64,000 nt of DNA, from positions 54,212 to 118,211 of the forward strand of contig RHPI01002619.1 of the NCBI GenBank assembly GCA_009103225.1, written 5' to 3'. Under the pieces are notes generated by a model. It saw nothing but the letters and a program-made list of their open reading frames with translations, searched no databases and had not been told where the DNA came from. Made by a program: the position numbers and the translations under genes. This stretch comes from Chlorokybus atmophyticus. Lineage: Eukaryota > Plantae > Mesostigma and Chlorokybus algae. Positions 20,718 through 33,768 of the stretch are shown here, one piece after another (the stretch's first letter is position 1; every line of letters begins with the position of its first letter).

Positions 20718-21482
20718 ATGTCCACAGACAAGCCTCGTGCAAGACACCTTTTGCCCGAAAACATTGTCCTTACTGCCCTACATTGCGGCGCTTTGCTGAT
20801 AGCAGGCACATTGCAAGAAATAGGTAGCACATGCAAAGCTTACTCTCTCTCTCAGGCTTACAGCAGATGCGCTGCACCATGCAGCCTGACCACTGTAGAC
20901 CTGTACAGCAATATACATACTTTGTATAGGTGACGCGTAATAAACCAATAGCTTCCTGGTTCAACCAATGCTTGTGATTAAGAGTGTCTGAGCCACGCCA
21001 GAGTGATGCCCCCAGGCTGTTGTAACGAGGTTCTTTCAATGTGAACAATTAGCATTACAATTTTAAGTATGTGGTGGGGAGGGGGAGGCAAACACACACC
21101 ACAGCACGACATACCACGGGCTTCGGCCCGACGGCTTGAGCATTCGCATGGCAGGGCACTACCTTGTGACTTTGTCAGTGCAGTTGTAACAAGTCCGTCC
21201 GCTCTTTGAGACTTCTGTGCTCTGCTATACAGTTGTGCCGCACCTGCTGCAGCTTTGGAAACACACAGTGCAGTTGCCCTGCTTGCATGGCGACCATGCA
21301 ACAGATCCGTCGCTGAAAAGCATTGCCATGCGCCGTATGGCAGCAGGGTCATGTGGTTGCTGCCTTGATCATTGAGGTGTGAGTGCCGGCGCCTTCACCC
21401 GCAGTCCGTACTGTCGCTGGCCACGGCATGTTGGCCGCAGGGCCAAGCGGCACAGTTGGCGGCGGCGTTGCATGGCGTCTAC

Positions 21483-22790
21483 ATGCTGGCCTTGGCGGGC
21501 GGCGAGAAGTTTGACGTCAAGGCCCGTCATAGTGACGACAGCCCAGGCGTGAAGGAGCTCGCCAGCAATGTGGCGGCCATTCTCTTACGTACAGCGTGCT
21601 AGACTGGTCTAGTCAGGTAAGTTTCACCTTGGACCGAAACAGATGTGGACTTGTAGACAACTGCTTCAGCCGCTCAGGCTGGTTGATCAACTGCCTGGAT
21701 GAATTGATTGGCTGGACTGCATGCATAGCAGGTGTTGAAGCTTTTGCCTTGCGTGTTGCTTTGGTTAGGGTGTTCACAAGCTTTCGCTTCAAGTGAGGAA
21801 AGTGTGTAGCTGACAATGACTGCAGCTCACTGCAATGAAACGCATGGATGGACGCATTCATGTCTCAAAGCGTGTGTCACGTGTGTTTGTGCCTTGTCGC
21901 CTTCATGTATTGTGCAGGCAAACTCGGCCACGTGCATGCCTGACAACTGAAAATGTAAGTGTTTGTTCAACCAACCAATATCATATAAGCGCATGTGCTT
22001 GAACAGGGGATGAAGCCAATTGGTGCACTTTGGATAAGACGCCAGCAATGTCACCCGGGCGTGCCGCAAATGGCAGCAAGAGTGCGAAGCTTACTGATGT
22101 CCACAGTTCCAGAGCTTGCTTAAGGTACAGCTGCCCAAGCACACGATGAATGCAAGCTTCTACTGTCTGTAATTTTAATGAATGGAGCTGTGACATGTCA
22201 GCAACTATTACAGGTTTGCTTTCTTGATAGGTGCTCTCTTTGTAGGTCATCAGAAGGCTCAGCTGCAGCTCACAACATGGGCTTGCACTATGTTGAGAGC
22301 GCTGAAGAACGCAGGCACGACTTGCTAGGCCAGGGCTTCAGCCTGATTTCGCGGAGCATGAGTGCGCGCCACCTTGACGGTAACCCTGTGATGAAGCTAC
22401 ATATACTTTCTGCGTGGTCAACAACAGCCTGTCGCAGTTGTGCAAGCAGTTTATATCTGACGCAACTGTTGCTTGAAGGTGTGCTGGCGTTTTGGAAGCT
22501 TATCAGTGGCGTTTTGCAGCTCATTGATTGCAAAGCTTCCACGGCCATTACAGGTTCGTTGTTTGTAACTCGGTTAACGAGATGGCAACAACAGGTTGTG
22601 TTCAGTCTGCACGCGTGAGAAGTCAGCTCAAGCAGCTGTATCGTCCACCTGATCTGATTTGCCCCTAGGTTGTCATACTTAACGGGACGTTTCTACTCTG
22701 AAGAGTTCACCAACCACTGCGCTACCGCGAGTTTGACAACACTAAGTGGTCAGCCTTTCCATCCTCGAAGCACAGTCTCTGGACATGATA
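21483..22790 (+). pseudogene. Third, inverted, decayed copy of the SAM-methyltransferase
   Basis: GGEKFDVKARHSDDSPGVKELASNV resembles exon 1 of the intact copy and runs into an in-frame stop. Degenerate exon remnants lie at ~22005-22125, 22245-22385, 22450-22545 and 22690-22790. Confidence 0.7.
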
Positions 22791-23203
22791 AGACCATGCA
22801 GTTTCCTAGCATGGCCTTTGCATTACCACCCAAGTAGTTCGCCACGGGCCTGCGCATATCAGCTCTTACAGTAGGGTGCCATGCAGCCATTGCTCGTACA
22901 TCCTGTTATATACCAAACACATGTTGTGTTAGTTACCGGTATTACTGCTGCATCACTCTTGTTAATATCATCTGTTCATGCCGGGTTTTAAACTTCTACT
23001 TCTCTACTGGAATGCATGGCATCTTCCTGCATCCGTAACTGTGTTTATGTTATGTACCTGCCGCTATGTACAGCCATGTAACATTGTAGTAGTAGTCTTC
23101 AACGAAGCAAATTACACTGACCAAGGTGCTGTGCGACCACTTTTTTAGTAGCATACACTGACACAGTCAGGAGTGTTGACAGGGTACTGGGCGTCCAGTC
23201 TTT

Positions 23204-24393
23204 TCAGGAATGCAGCTGGGCAGCCATCCGAGGGTGAGGATCGTTATCTGGTGCGGGTGCGGTAGCTGGCGGGCTATACGGTTGCAACATGGCAGCTGCA
23301 TCAACCTGCACTGCATTCATGTACGCGGGTGGCATGAGCGGTGAGCCCACCATGCTCACATTTTGTCGCTGCCTCCTTTTGTTGATGTGATACACGAAGA
23401 AGAAGGCGGCAGCCGCAGCTACTGCCCCTCCGCCTCCAGCAGCGGCCACTACAACTTTGCTGCTGTTCTTCTCGACTGGTGTAAGCGCTGGTGGCGGCGC
23501 CTTTGCTAGTGTGGGTGGTGAGGGTGGTGGAGAGGAATTCCTTGGAGGAGATGGTGGTGGGGTTGGAGGCGGGGTCGGCGGTGGAGGAGTAGGTGGAGGT
23601 GGGAATGGTGACGGTGCAGCCACGTATATGCTGGCGAAAGACTTGCAGGTCTGGGTCTGCGTGTCACGGTAGTAACCTGTGTCGCAGCTCCCGCAGTCGG
23701 GCCCGCTGTAACCCTGGTAACAGCTGCACATGCCGCTGGCTCTCAAGCAGTCTCCTTTGTTGCCGCACTCCTGCGTGCTGGGAGGTGGAGCCAGACAGGT
23801 CTGCAGCACAAACGGGCAGTCTCCCAAACAGCATTTTGGTGCTCGACTTGGTTTGGCAGGGCTCATTGGCTTCGCATTGGCTGTTGCCGCAGACTCCTGA
23901 CGCCTGCACCTCTCCAACGCTTGCAACGCTCAATCCGCTGCTGCTGTTGAACGCCGCGGCCTGGTTCAGTGAACTAACCAACTATCTGACCCGTTGATTG
24001 CAGCGGCGCACCAGGGAGCACAACGAAGTTGATGTTGGCTTGCTGCAAGGAGCCTGCGAGTTGCGTTTCCGGTTGCCACTACTGCAGGTATGATGTCTGT
24101 CACGTTGACGTACTCCTTTGACACGCTGAGTGCATTCGCTATGTAGCTTTGTACTGTGGCATTGACCGTGTCATCGACAGTAGATATCGTGCCAGTGGTT
24201 GCCGATTGGTCGGCATTGGCGTCCGTGTTAACTTTTGTGCGGCATGAAGAGCCGTCGCCATCGCACACGCCACACTTGTCAACGATCCCGCCATGACAGC
24301 ACACGCCTTTGGGATCCAGGAACGTGGTGCTGTTGCACTCATGCAACACGTCGAGAATAGTAGCAATGCTGTTGCAAACACCGCAGACATCCA
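23204..24393 (-). pseudogene. 5'-truncated, frameshifted copy of the last exon of subtilase copy A (Cys-rich, EGF, TM, tail)
   Basis: Close nucleotide and peptide match to ~9647-10805 (e.g. CCLGDCPFVLQTC, QECGNKGDCLRASG), but split over three ORFs by indels. Confidence 0.85.
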
Positions 24394-24420
24394 TTCCCAT
24401 TGCAGCCACTACACCACAAC

Positions 24421-25850
<1,430 letters not shown>

Positions 25851-25942
25851 CATTACATACAGTCCTGGTCGTGGCAGTGTGCGCAACCTCATCCAGTAAA
25901 TACACAGAAACTACTTAGTAGTCAACGTGACTTATCACAGCC

Positions 25943-25999
25943 AGTGAAGAGAGGTTGTTGGTAATTGTAATGGGCAATTACCAACAACCTCGCTTCACT
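25943..25999. repeat. Inverted repeat: 25-bp arms with one mismatch and a 7-nt loop
   Basis: AGTGAAG-A-GAGGTTGTTGGTAATTG / TAATGGG / CAATTACCAACAACCTC-G-CTTCACT. Confidence 0.9.
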
Positions 26000-26222
26000 A
26001 GCATGAATAAGTCTGAGATACGTCACAGTTATGGATGCAGGAGGATGCCATGCATTTGGTGGTAGAAAGTCAAGTGTAGGGAAAGTCAGCATGAACCAAT
26101 ATGTGTTACAGACAGCAAACTGCTGAAACCTGTGGAGGTATCCAACACAACAGTTGGGCGAGTGCTGTACATAGCTCCCTACTGTACAAGTTGACCTTTG
26201 AAGCACAAAGGGCAGCAGTTGC

Positions 26223-27584
26223 CTACTTGGGTGCTGATGCAAAGGCTGCCATGATGGGAAACTGCCTGGTGACATCATCTTCAGGGATGTGCTTTGAGAA
26301 TGAAAAGGCCTCTAGACACCTGACATTCGTCAACCCCGCCGCAGAATAGTGATTGGTGAACTCTTCAGAGGAAAAGCCGCCTATACAGCATGAGTCACAA
26401 GCACAACACAACGAGTCAAAAAGTGTCTGTCAGCTGATGATGTATGTTCAGTGATTGACGCCACATATAGTTGCCATGCTCTGGGAGATTGAGGAACGAA
26501 CCTGAATGGTATACTCCGGCATGTTTATGTTGATGGCCACCGTGAAACTGGTCACTAGAATCAGTGCGTTGCAAGTCAAAGAAGGCCAGCACACCTCCAG
26601 GCTTTAGCAGTTGCGCCAGCACACGGATCATAGCTTGGATATCTACGCATACACTGTTGTTGAGTGACGGCAACCTACGGCTATGTAGCTTCGCAATATG
26701 CTTACCGTCAAGGTGGTGTGCAGTCATACTGGAAACAATCAAGTCAAAGCGCTGCCCGGGCAAGTCATCTGCGCTTTTCAGCTCAAGACAGTGGCAGCTT
26801 ATGTTCTCTGCGCCCTGCTGCTGAGCTTTCTGCTTCATTACCTACGAAGACAGGCAACCCTATCAATTGCCGACACGTCAAGTGCCATATCAGGCACGAC
26901 TTATAACGCACTACAGACGTCAAGTGCTTCAATGACTACACGTTCAACGCTGTACCTCAAGCATGCCTTGCGAACTATCTACACCAGTGATGCTTCGCAC
27001 TCTTGCTGCCATTTGCAGGGCAACATTGCCGGTGCCACACCCGAAGTCCATAACATTCGCTTCCTCCCACCTGTAAATACAAGGTCAGGGCTGAAAGGTT
27101 TCGTCAAACGAACACCTTTGTGAACTTTGACTCAAAAGCACATGAGCCCATACTTGCAAGCACGCCTGAACACACAAGAAGCACAGCACAGCTTAACCAC
27201 TGGCGAGCCCATGCTAACAGTTTGTTGGTGATGTTTTTGACGCACAATCTCCCTCACCTGGAGATGCGCTTTATGAACCCAGAAAGCAACGCGCATAAAC
27301 GCATAAACACCTGCTGTGTGCATGTTGCTGATACCAGACGTCTTGCTTGATTGCTCCAACGTCTCAACTAGCTTCGGGCTGATTAGCTAGCTAGCTCACG
27401 CTGCATGAGCTGCTGAAGTCTGCACGTCCCCTTCTACTTCAGCTGGCGTTCATGCTTACATAACGTCCGGCAGCTCCGCAAAGAGGGTGTCCACGACGTT
27501 GCCGGCGAGTTCCTTGACGCCCGGCTTCTCGTCGTAGTGACGGGCCGTGTCGTCGAAGTAGCTCTCACCGCCCGCGCCCGCCAT
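26223..27584 (-). CDS. Class I SAM-dependent methyltransferase (5 exons, apparently intact)
   Basis: Exon 1 MAGAGGESYFDDTARHYDEKPGVKELA; exon 2 with motif I VMDFGCGTG and GVDSSQGMLE (~26960-27070); FDLIVSSMTAHH; LLKPGGVLAFFDL; last exon ending SAPK-stop at 26223. The exon 1-2 junction was checked in frame; later junctions were read only approximately. Confidence 0.8.
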
Positions 27585-28630
27585 GACTTATGGATTGACC
27601 TACCTCCAGCATGCAAACGCCAAACAACAGCAATCACTATGCGCCTCAGCTGCGCCCCACCGCCGCCCACACCACCAACAACGACATCCACAACCACAGC
27701 CAAACCAACAACATGAAAGTTGACCACAAGCTCGACACACCTCAGCTTGCGGATGGTGGCCAGGCGCAGTCTGGGATGGTTGTGCACGTCGTGAAGGATG
27801 TCAGCAGCGGCAGCATTCAGCATGTGCTCGCGCAGCGGTTTGGGCAATCAGGAGCTGCCTGCATGCTTTCAACGCACCGGTTGCTTGTGACAAGCTGGTG
27901 GCATAAGCATGCTGGGTGCCTGAAGTGTGTATACACAGGGAAAAGGCTGATGTAGTGACGCTGGGATTGATTTGCCCTGTTTGTACAAAGCATGGTTGCA
28001 ATGCTAGCTTTCTAGGGAGTGCAAGAGGATAGGGCACAGTTGGATATGCTGCCAGCAGTGGTGTATTGCCAGCCTCCCTGTCCAGGCAGTCGCACACATC
28101 TCTCTTGTTGAACACATGGTGGCAATTGCGCATGTTGCTGAAAGCCTAGCTGGCAAAGCGATGGTGTGTACGCCAACTGGTTGGCAGGCCTGATATCGCG
28201 TCACTTTAACAGTCACAGAGACACAGTCACTCACAGCAATCCAAGTTGTTTGGCTTAGTTTGTGCTCCTGTTTTGAGCAGTCGTCGTGCTTTTAGGCCTG
28301 TTTGAGATCTTCACAGTTTTCCTGACACCTGTGCTCAGGATCGCCCCCCCCCCCCCCATCTTGCCTTGACACTCTTTAACCAGCGAGAGCATGACAGCCA
28401 TATCTAGTACTACGCATGTTTGTTGTTGTCTGGCTGCTTGACTATCTGTATGGGTGGAACAGTAGATGACAAGTGAGCTGATCTGTTGGCATGACGCAAG
28501 GCAGGTTGGACTGCGAGCAGTACCGCAAGCTGATGTCATTTTAACTGTGCACGCAGTTTGCCACAACCTTCAATACCTAACATACAACGCCAATGTGGTG
28601 TTGTTCCTGGATGTGTTTACTATCTAATAA

Positions 28631-31600
28631 CTACATCCCTTGTGAGCCCGAAAGCCTGCTTCGGGCAGGTGCAAAGGGCGTGTCCACAACTTCACTCGCC
28701 CGCGGTGAATGCGCTGTGGGGTCAGGCTGAGGATGTCGCCTGGACAAACCCGAGCCCCAACCGCCAGGAGCACCAGCAGCGGCCGCTGAGCTGGAGCCGG
28801 CGCCATCATGAATGTTGACCAGACCATTCGGCCCATCCGGCCTGTCGTACTTGGGAGAGGCGCCCTGCACCTCCTCATAGGAGTCAGCATGGTGTGGAGA
28901 GGACTCCCCACGTAAGTCTGGTGACATGCGCGGGGAGTCTGCGTTGGGGCTCACCACCACCGGCATCATCTGCGGCATGAGCATCTGTGGCATGGGCGGG
29001 GCTGACGGCTGCAAGTCCAAGTGTCCAGCTGCGGGGAAGATCTGCGGTTCCGGCGTGTACGGTGGTGGCGGCGGAATGCTGCTAGTGCGGTTGTTGTTGT
29101 TGTTGTTGTTGTTGTTGTTGCTGTCTGTTGCTGGCATCCCCGCCATGCGTGAATGCGCAGCCAAGGCCGCTTCTCCGGCGTAGCGGAAGTGTTCTCTGTC
29201 ACGCCGTTGCCGGCGTATCCGCATGCCAAAGAAGAGTGCCGCAGCCGCAGCAACAAAGCCACCTCCACCTGCAGCAGCCGCGGCCACAACCACAACGCTG
29301 CTGCCACTCGATGCCGCTTTTGCTTCCGTTGATGGGGTGTCCACCGCAACCGGCGGCGATGATGGCTTTGGAGGTGGCGGAGACGTCGGCGGAGGTGAGG
29401 GTGTTCTTGGCGGGGGAGGTGAGACTGGTGTTGTTGTCTGAGGCGGGGGAGATGCCGGCAGCCTGTACACAGATGCAAGCGGCTTGCAGCTCAGCGTGGC
29501 GCTGTCTTTGTAGTAACCCGTGTCGCAGCTATCGCATCCAGCGCCGGTGTAACCAGTGAAGCAGCTGCACGTGCCGCTGGCGCGGAGACACTGGCCCGTG
29601 CCGCTGCACTCCTGCGTGCTCGGGGGCGGTGCAGGGCATGTTTGCAAGACATATGGGCAGTCGGCGAGGCAACATCCGCTCTGCGTCTTCGTCTTGCAGG
29701 CCTCATTCGCCTCGCACAGGCCGTTGCCGCACACGCCTTGAGTCTGCACGCTAGCCACGCTATTAACGGACAGGCCCGTGCTTGCATTGCTGGCGGGCGC
29801 GGCTGTCAGTGCGTTGCTGATGTCGGCAGTGGCCTGGATAGGCGCTCCGGGTAAGACGGCAAACTTGATGATGTAGCTGATGGAGGATTGGATGGAGGCA
29901 TCGGCGTTGGCGATGGTGAGGATGCCGGCGCTGTTGCTGCTGCCGGTGGCAGAGATGTCAGACACGGCAATGGTGTTGTTAGGCACGCCGAGCTTGCCAG
30001 CGAAGTAACTCTGCAGGGTTGAGCTGAATGCCGGGTCACTGGCGAGGCTCGTGTCGGCACTCACGCCGGCAGTTACGTCCGTGCGGCATGACGAGCCATC
30101 CCCATCGCACACGCCACACTTGTCCATCACGCCGCTGTGGCAACAGATGCCCTTCGGATCCAGAAAGGTTGTGCAGTCGCACTCGCCAAGGACGTCCAGG
30201 ACTATGGCCACGCCGTCGCACACGCCGCACACGTCCACGTGCCCACTTGCGCAGCACTCCTGCTCACTGTCGAGCACCGATGCAGCTCCAGTGCAGCACT
30301 TGCCATTGATGTCCGTGACAGTAGCACAGCAGTTGCCATTGACATCCAGCACGCCATTGCAAGCCGCGGGCACTTCGCAAAAGCCGGACTTGTACCCGCT
30401 GTTGCACACACACGCACCCGCTGTGCAGTTGCCGTGTCCAGAGCAGCTTTGCGACGCACAGAAGTCACACAGGTCTGTGCTGCATGCTGCGGTTGAATTG
30501 GGCGCCTGCCCGGTGCATTGACTGATTGCCGCCGGCCTTCCATCAGAGCCTTCGCAAGACACTGCGCGTGTCATCGTTCCTCCACCGCAGGTCTTGCTGC
30601 AGATGGTCCAGTCGCTTATATCCCATGCGTACACCACGCAAGGTGCAGTATTGCACATGCGGGTGCTGTCCGGCTTGCTTGCAGCAGTGCATAGACTGGC
30701 ATCCGGCGCAACAACAGCTGGATTGTCCGCAACAGCTTGCATGCACGTGACTGTCCTCACAGCTTGGCCGCCTCCGCAGGTCTGATTGCACACTCCCCAT
30801 GAATCGTAACCCCAAAAGTAACCCACACACGCCTGCGTGTTGCACGCTTTTGAGGAGGACACGTCGAGGCCGGCATCCCGACACAATGCGATGTCGGCAG
30901 TGTAGCCATACGAGCTCTTGCATACGACTGTGCGGGTTTGCGTGCCACCACCGCATGTCTCAGAGCATTGGCCATAGGCACTCGAGTACACGGAAAAGGT
31001 CTCACACGCCAGCGTGTTGCACGATGCTGTGAGATCGGGCATTGGCGTGTACGCGCACTGGGAGGAAGCCTGTGCGGGAGAGTTGTTCGGGTACACGCAG
31101 TCCACCGTGCGCGTCTGTTCGCATATGAGAGACAGTGAGTGTTTTGCTGTTGTATTGTTATGCTTGTGCTATCACAAGCAAGTGGGCATACCATCTGGCC
31201 GCCGCCACATGTGGCATTGCACTCAGACCAGTTGCTGGCGACCCAGGTTGGTAGCGGTGGGGGTGGTGGCGGTGGGCTGCATACGCGTGATGTTAAGTGT
31301 TATGCATAGTGCTTTGGACTTCTATACACCGCAAGCACAAGTTGTCAACCGCATCCCCTTCATCAACTATGCCCTCACACATACCGAGGAGGTGGGCTTG
31401 GTGGCGGATGAGGTGGTGGTGATGGCGGGGGCGGGGAGGGTTTTGGGCTCGGTGGTGGCGGCGAGGATTGTGGGGACGGGCTTGGTGGCGGCGATGGTGA
31501 TGACTCAGGTGAACTCGGCGATGGCGCTTGTGATGGTGCCGGTGAAGGCGGGCTTGGAGGTGGCCCCGAAGATGGTGAAGCCGGAGGAGAGGGCTGAAGA

Positions 31601-33716
31601 GAAGGAGCTGGTGCAGGTACGAGTGAAGGAGGAGATGTGAGTGGAGGTGGGGAAGAAAGAAGAGGTGGAGATGGCGATGACAGGGGAGGTGGAAGTGCAG
31701 GTGGAGACTGTTGTGGTGGTGATGACAGCACTGGTGGTGATGAGGTGGGTGGCGTTGTGGGTGGTGGCAATGTTGGCGGCGATGATGTCGGGGGCGGGAG
31801 TGAAGGCTGTGGCTTTGGGGATGGTGGTGGCGATGATGATGATGGAGGTGAGAGCTCAGGCGATGGTGATGGCGACAAGGGCGGCGGGGGAGAGGGCTGT
31901 GGTGAAGGGGTTGGTGATGTTGGTGGGGACGGTGATGGTGAGGGCTGTGGTGAAGGCGATGCTGGGGAGGATGGGGGTGGGGAGGATGGGGGAGACGGCG
32001 ATGGCGTTGGTGATGATGGAGGCGATGAGGATGGCGGTGATGGTGATGGAGGCGGGGAGGATGGTGGTGGTGGCGAGAGCGGTGGCGATGATGGGGGCAG
32101 CGGTGATGGCGGCGGCGATGAGGGCGGTGGTGAGGGTGGAGGTGGAGAGGGTGATGGTGATGGCGGCGGTGGTGAGGGCGGTGGGGTTGGTGGGGAAGGT
32201 GGCGGAGGGCTTGGTGGTGGTGGCCGTGGTGATGGCGGTGGAGGTTCTGTACGCATAGTTGCATCAGTCAACATGTTGCAATATGAGGCAATCCATGCGC
32301 AGGCGTGTACACGTACTGGGCGGTCTTGGTGGTGGCGGTTGTGACGACGTCAAGCTCGGAGGAGGTGGAGTCGGCAATGGCGGACTGTTTGCGCTCAGCG
32401 TCACATTCAGAAGGTACGTGCCAGATTCTGTTTGGTAGCCATCAACAACCTGTGTGCATGCGTCTCACTATCAATCTCATTGCATTGTTGAGGCTCAGCA
32501 AGCGTGTATTACATTGGCTTGCAGGCTTACAATGTAGTAGTTGTTGCCTGCAAGGAAGCTGACGCCAGTAAGCAGTGACTTGAAGTTGTCGCAGCCGACA
32601 CCGTCATCATTGCACCCAACGACAGTGTTGGCGTTGTTCATGAATATGAAAATTTTGGTGTCGTAGTTGCCGCCACCGCACGTGCTCACATCCAGTATCA
32701 AGTTTACTGGTGGGGTGTACATGAACACGACGTCGGGTGCCGTGGACGCTGTGTCGCACGCCACATCGTAGGTGTCGTTGTAGTTGGTCGTTGAACCGGT
32801 GTAAGAAAAGGGCAGGTATGTTATCACCTTTGGATTGGAAATGGTGTCTCCACATGCCGAGCACATGTCTGCAGATGGTAATGTTGCTTAGTTCGCTTAA
32901 TTGATGAACGAAACAAATGAACCTATACCAGAATGCAACCACCATACAACTTGACATTGTTCAACGCCAACCTGCATCTGTAATGGTGGCCGTCACTGTC
33001 ACGGCGAACTGGAAGTTGACGTCCGAGCTCGTCAGCGTGAACATGACGTCAAAGCTGACGTCGCCGTCAGCTGTGCAAAGCACAGGATTGTGATAAAGTT
33101 GACAGTGGTAATAATGATAATGATGATGATGGTTATGTGTTGCAGGTGTGCGCTTTAAAGTGTTGTAGTTACTGACCTATGTAGTTTCTGATGGGTGTGA
33201 GCGACACGCTCTGTGTCGTCGACCATGACACGGTGGAGATGGTGAATGTTGATGGCGATATTGACACTGCGCACACACCGACACGATGTGAGACCCTTGT
33301 TGGGTTGTGCGCAAATGCATCATCAACATACGTTTGTCAGTGCGGGCGGAAGTCACTGTAACCGTCACAGTGCTTGTGGGTGCAGATGAAAGCGTGAACG
33401 ACACCGTTTGCGCGGGGTCGCTTTCAGAAGCAGTGAAGGTCTTTGGACTCACCTGCAACACACAACAGATTCTTGAGGTGTTTGATCCAATCTGTATATC
33501 AACTGAACTTCATCACCACTGGCTTATAACAAACCGTGGCAGGCGGGAGCGTGAGCAGCGAGAACAGCAGGCGGTTCGTCGTGCCATCAACGTTGCTCTT
33601 GATTTTGTTCCAGGTCGCAGAGTCCGTTATCGCGGAGGTGACTTGTGTCGGGGTCGCACTGGGGTTTGCGCTAAGGTACAGCGCTGCAACACCCGTCTGT
33701 GATGTTGACCATAGTC

Positions 33717-33768
<52 letters not shown>

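Noticed and set aside
27700-28600. Short ORFs between the methyltransferase and the end of subtilase D
   Set aside because: No motifs and no consistent splice phases; likely UTR or intergenic DNA.
31293-32344. His-rich, Gly-rich and Met/Val-rich long ORFs
   Set aside because: Alternative frames and antisense of the Ser-Pro exon of subtilase D.
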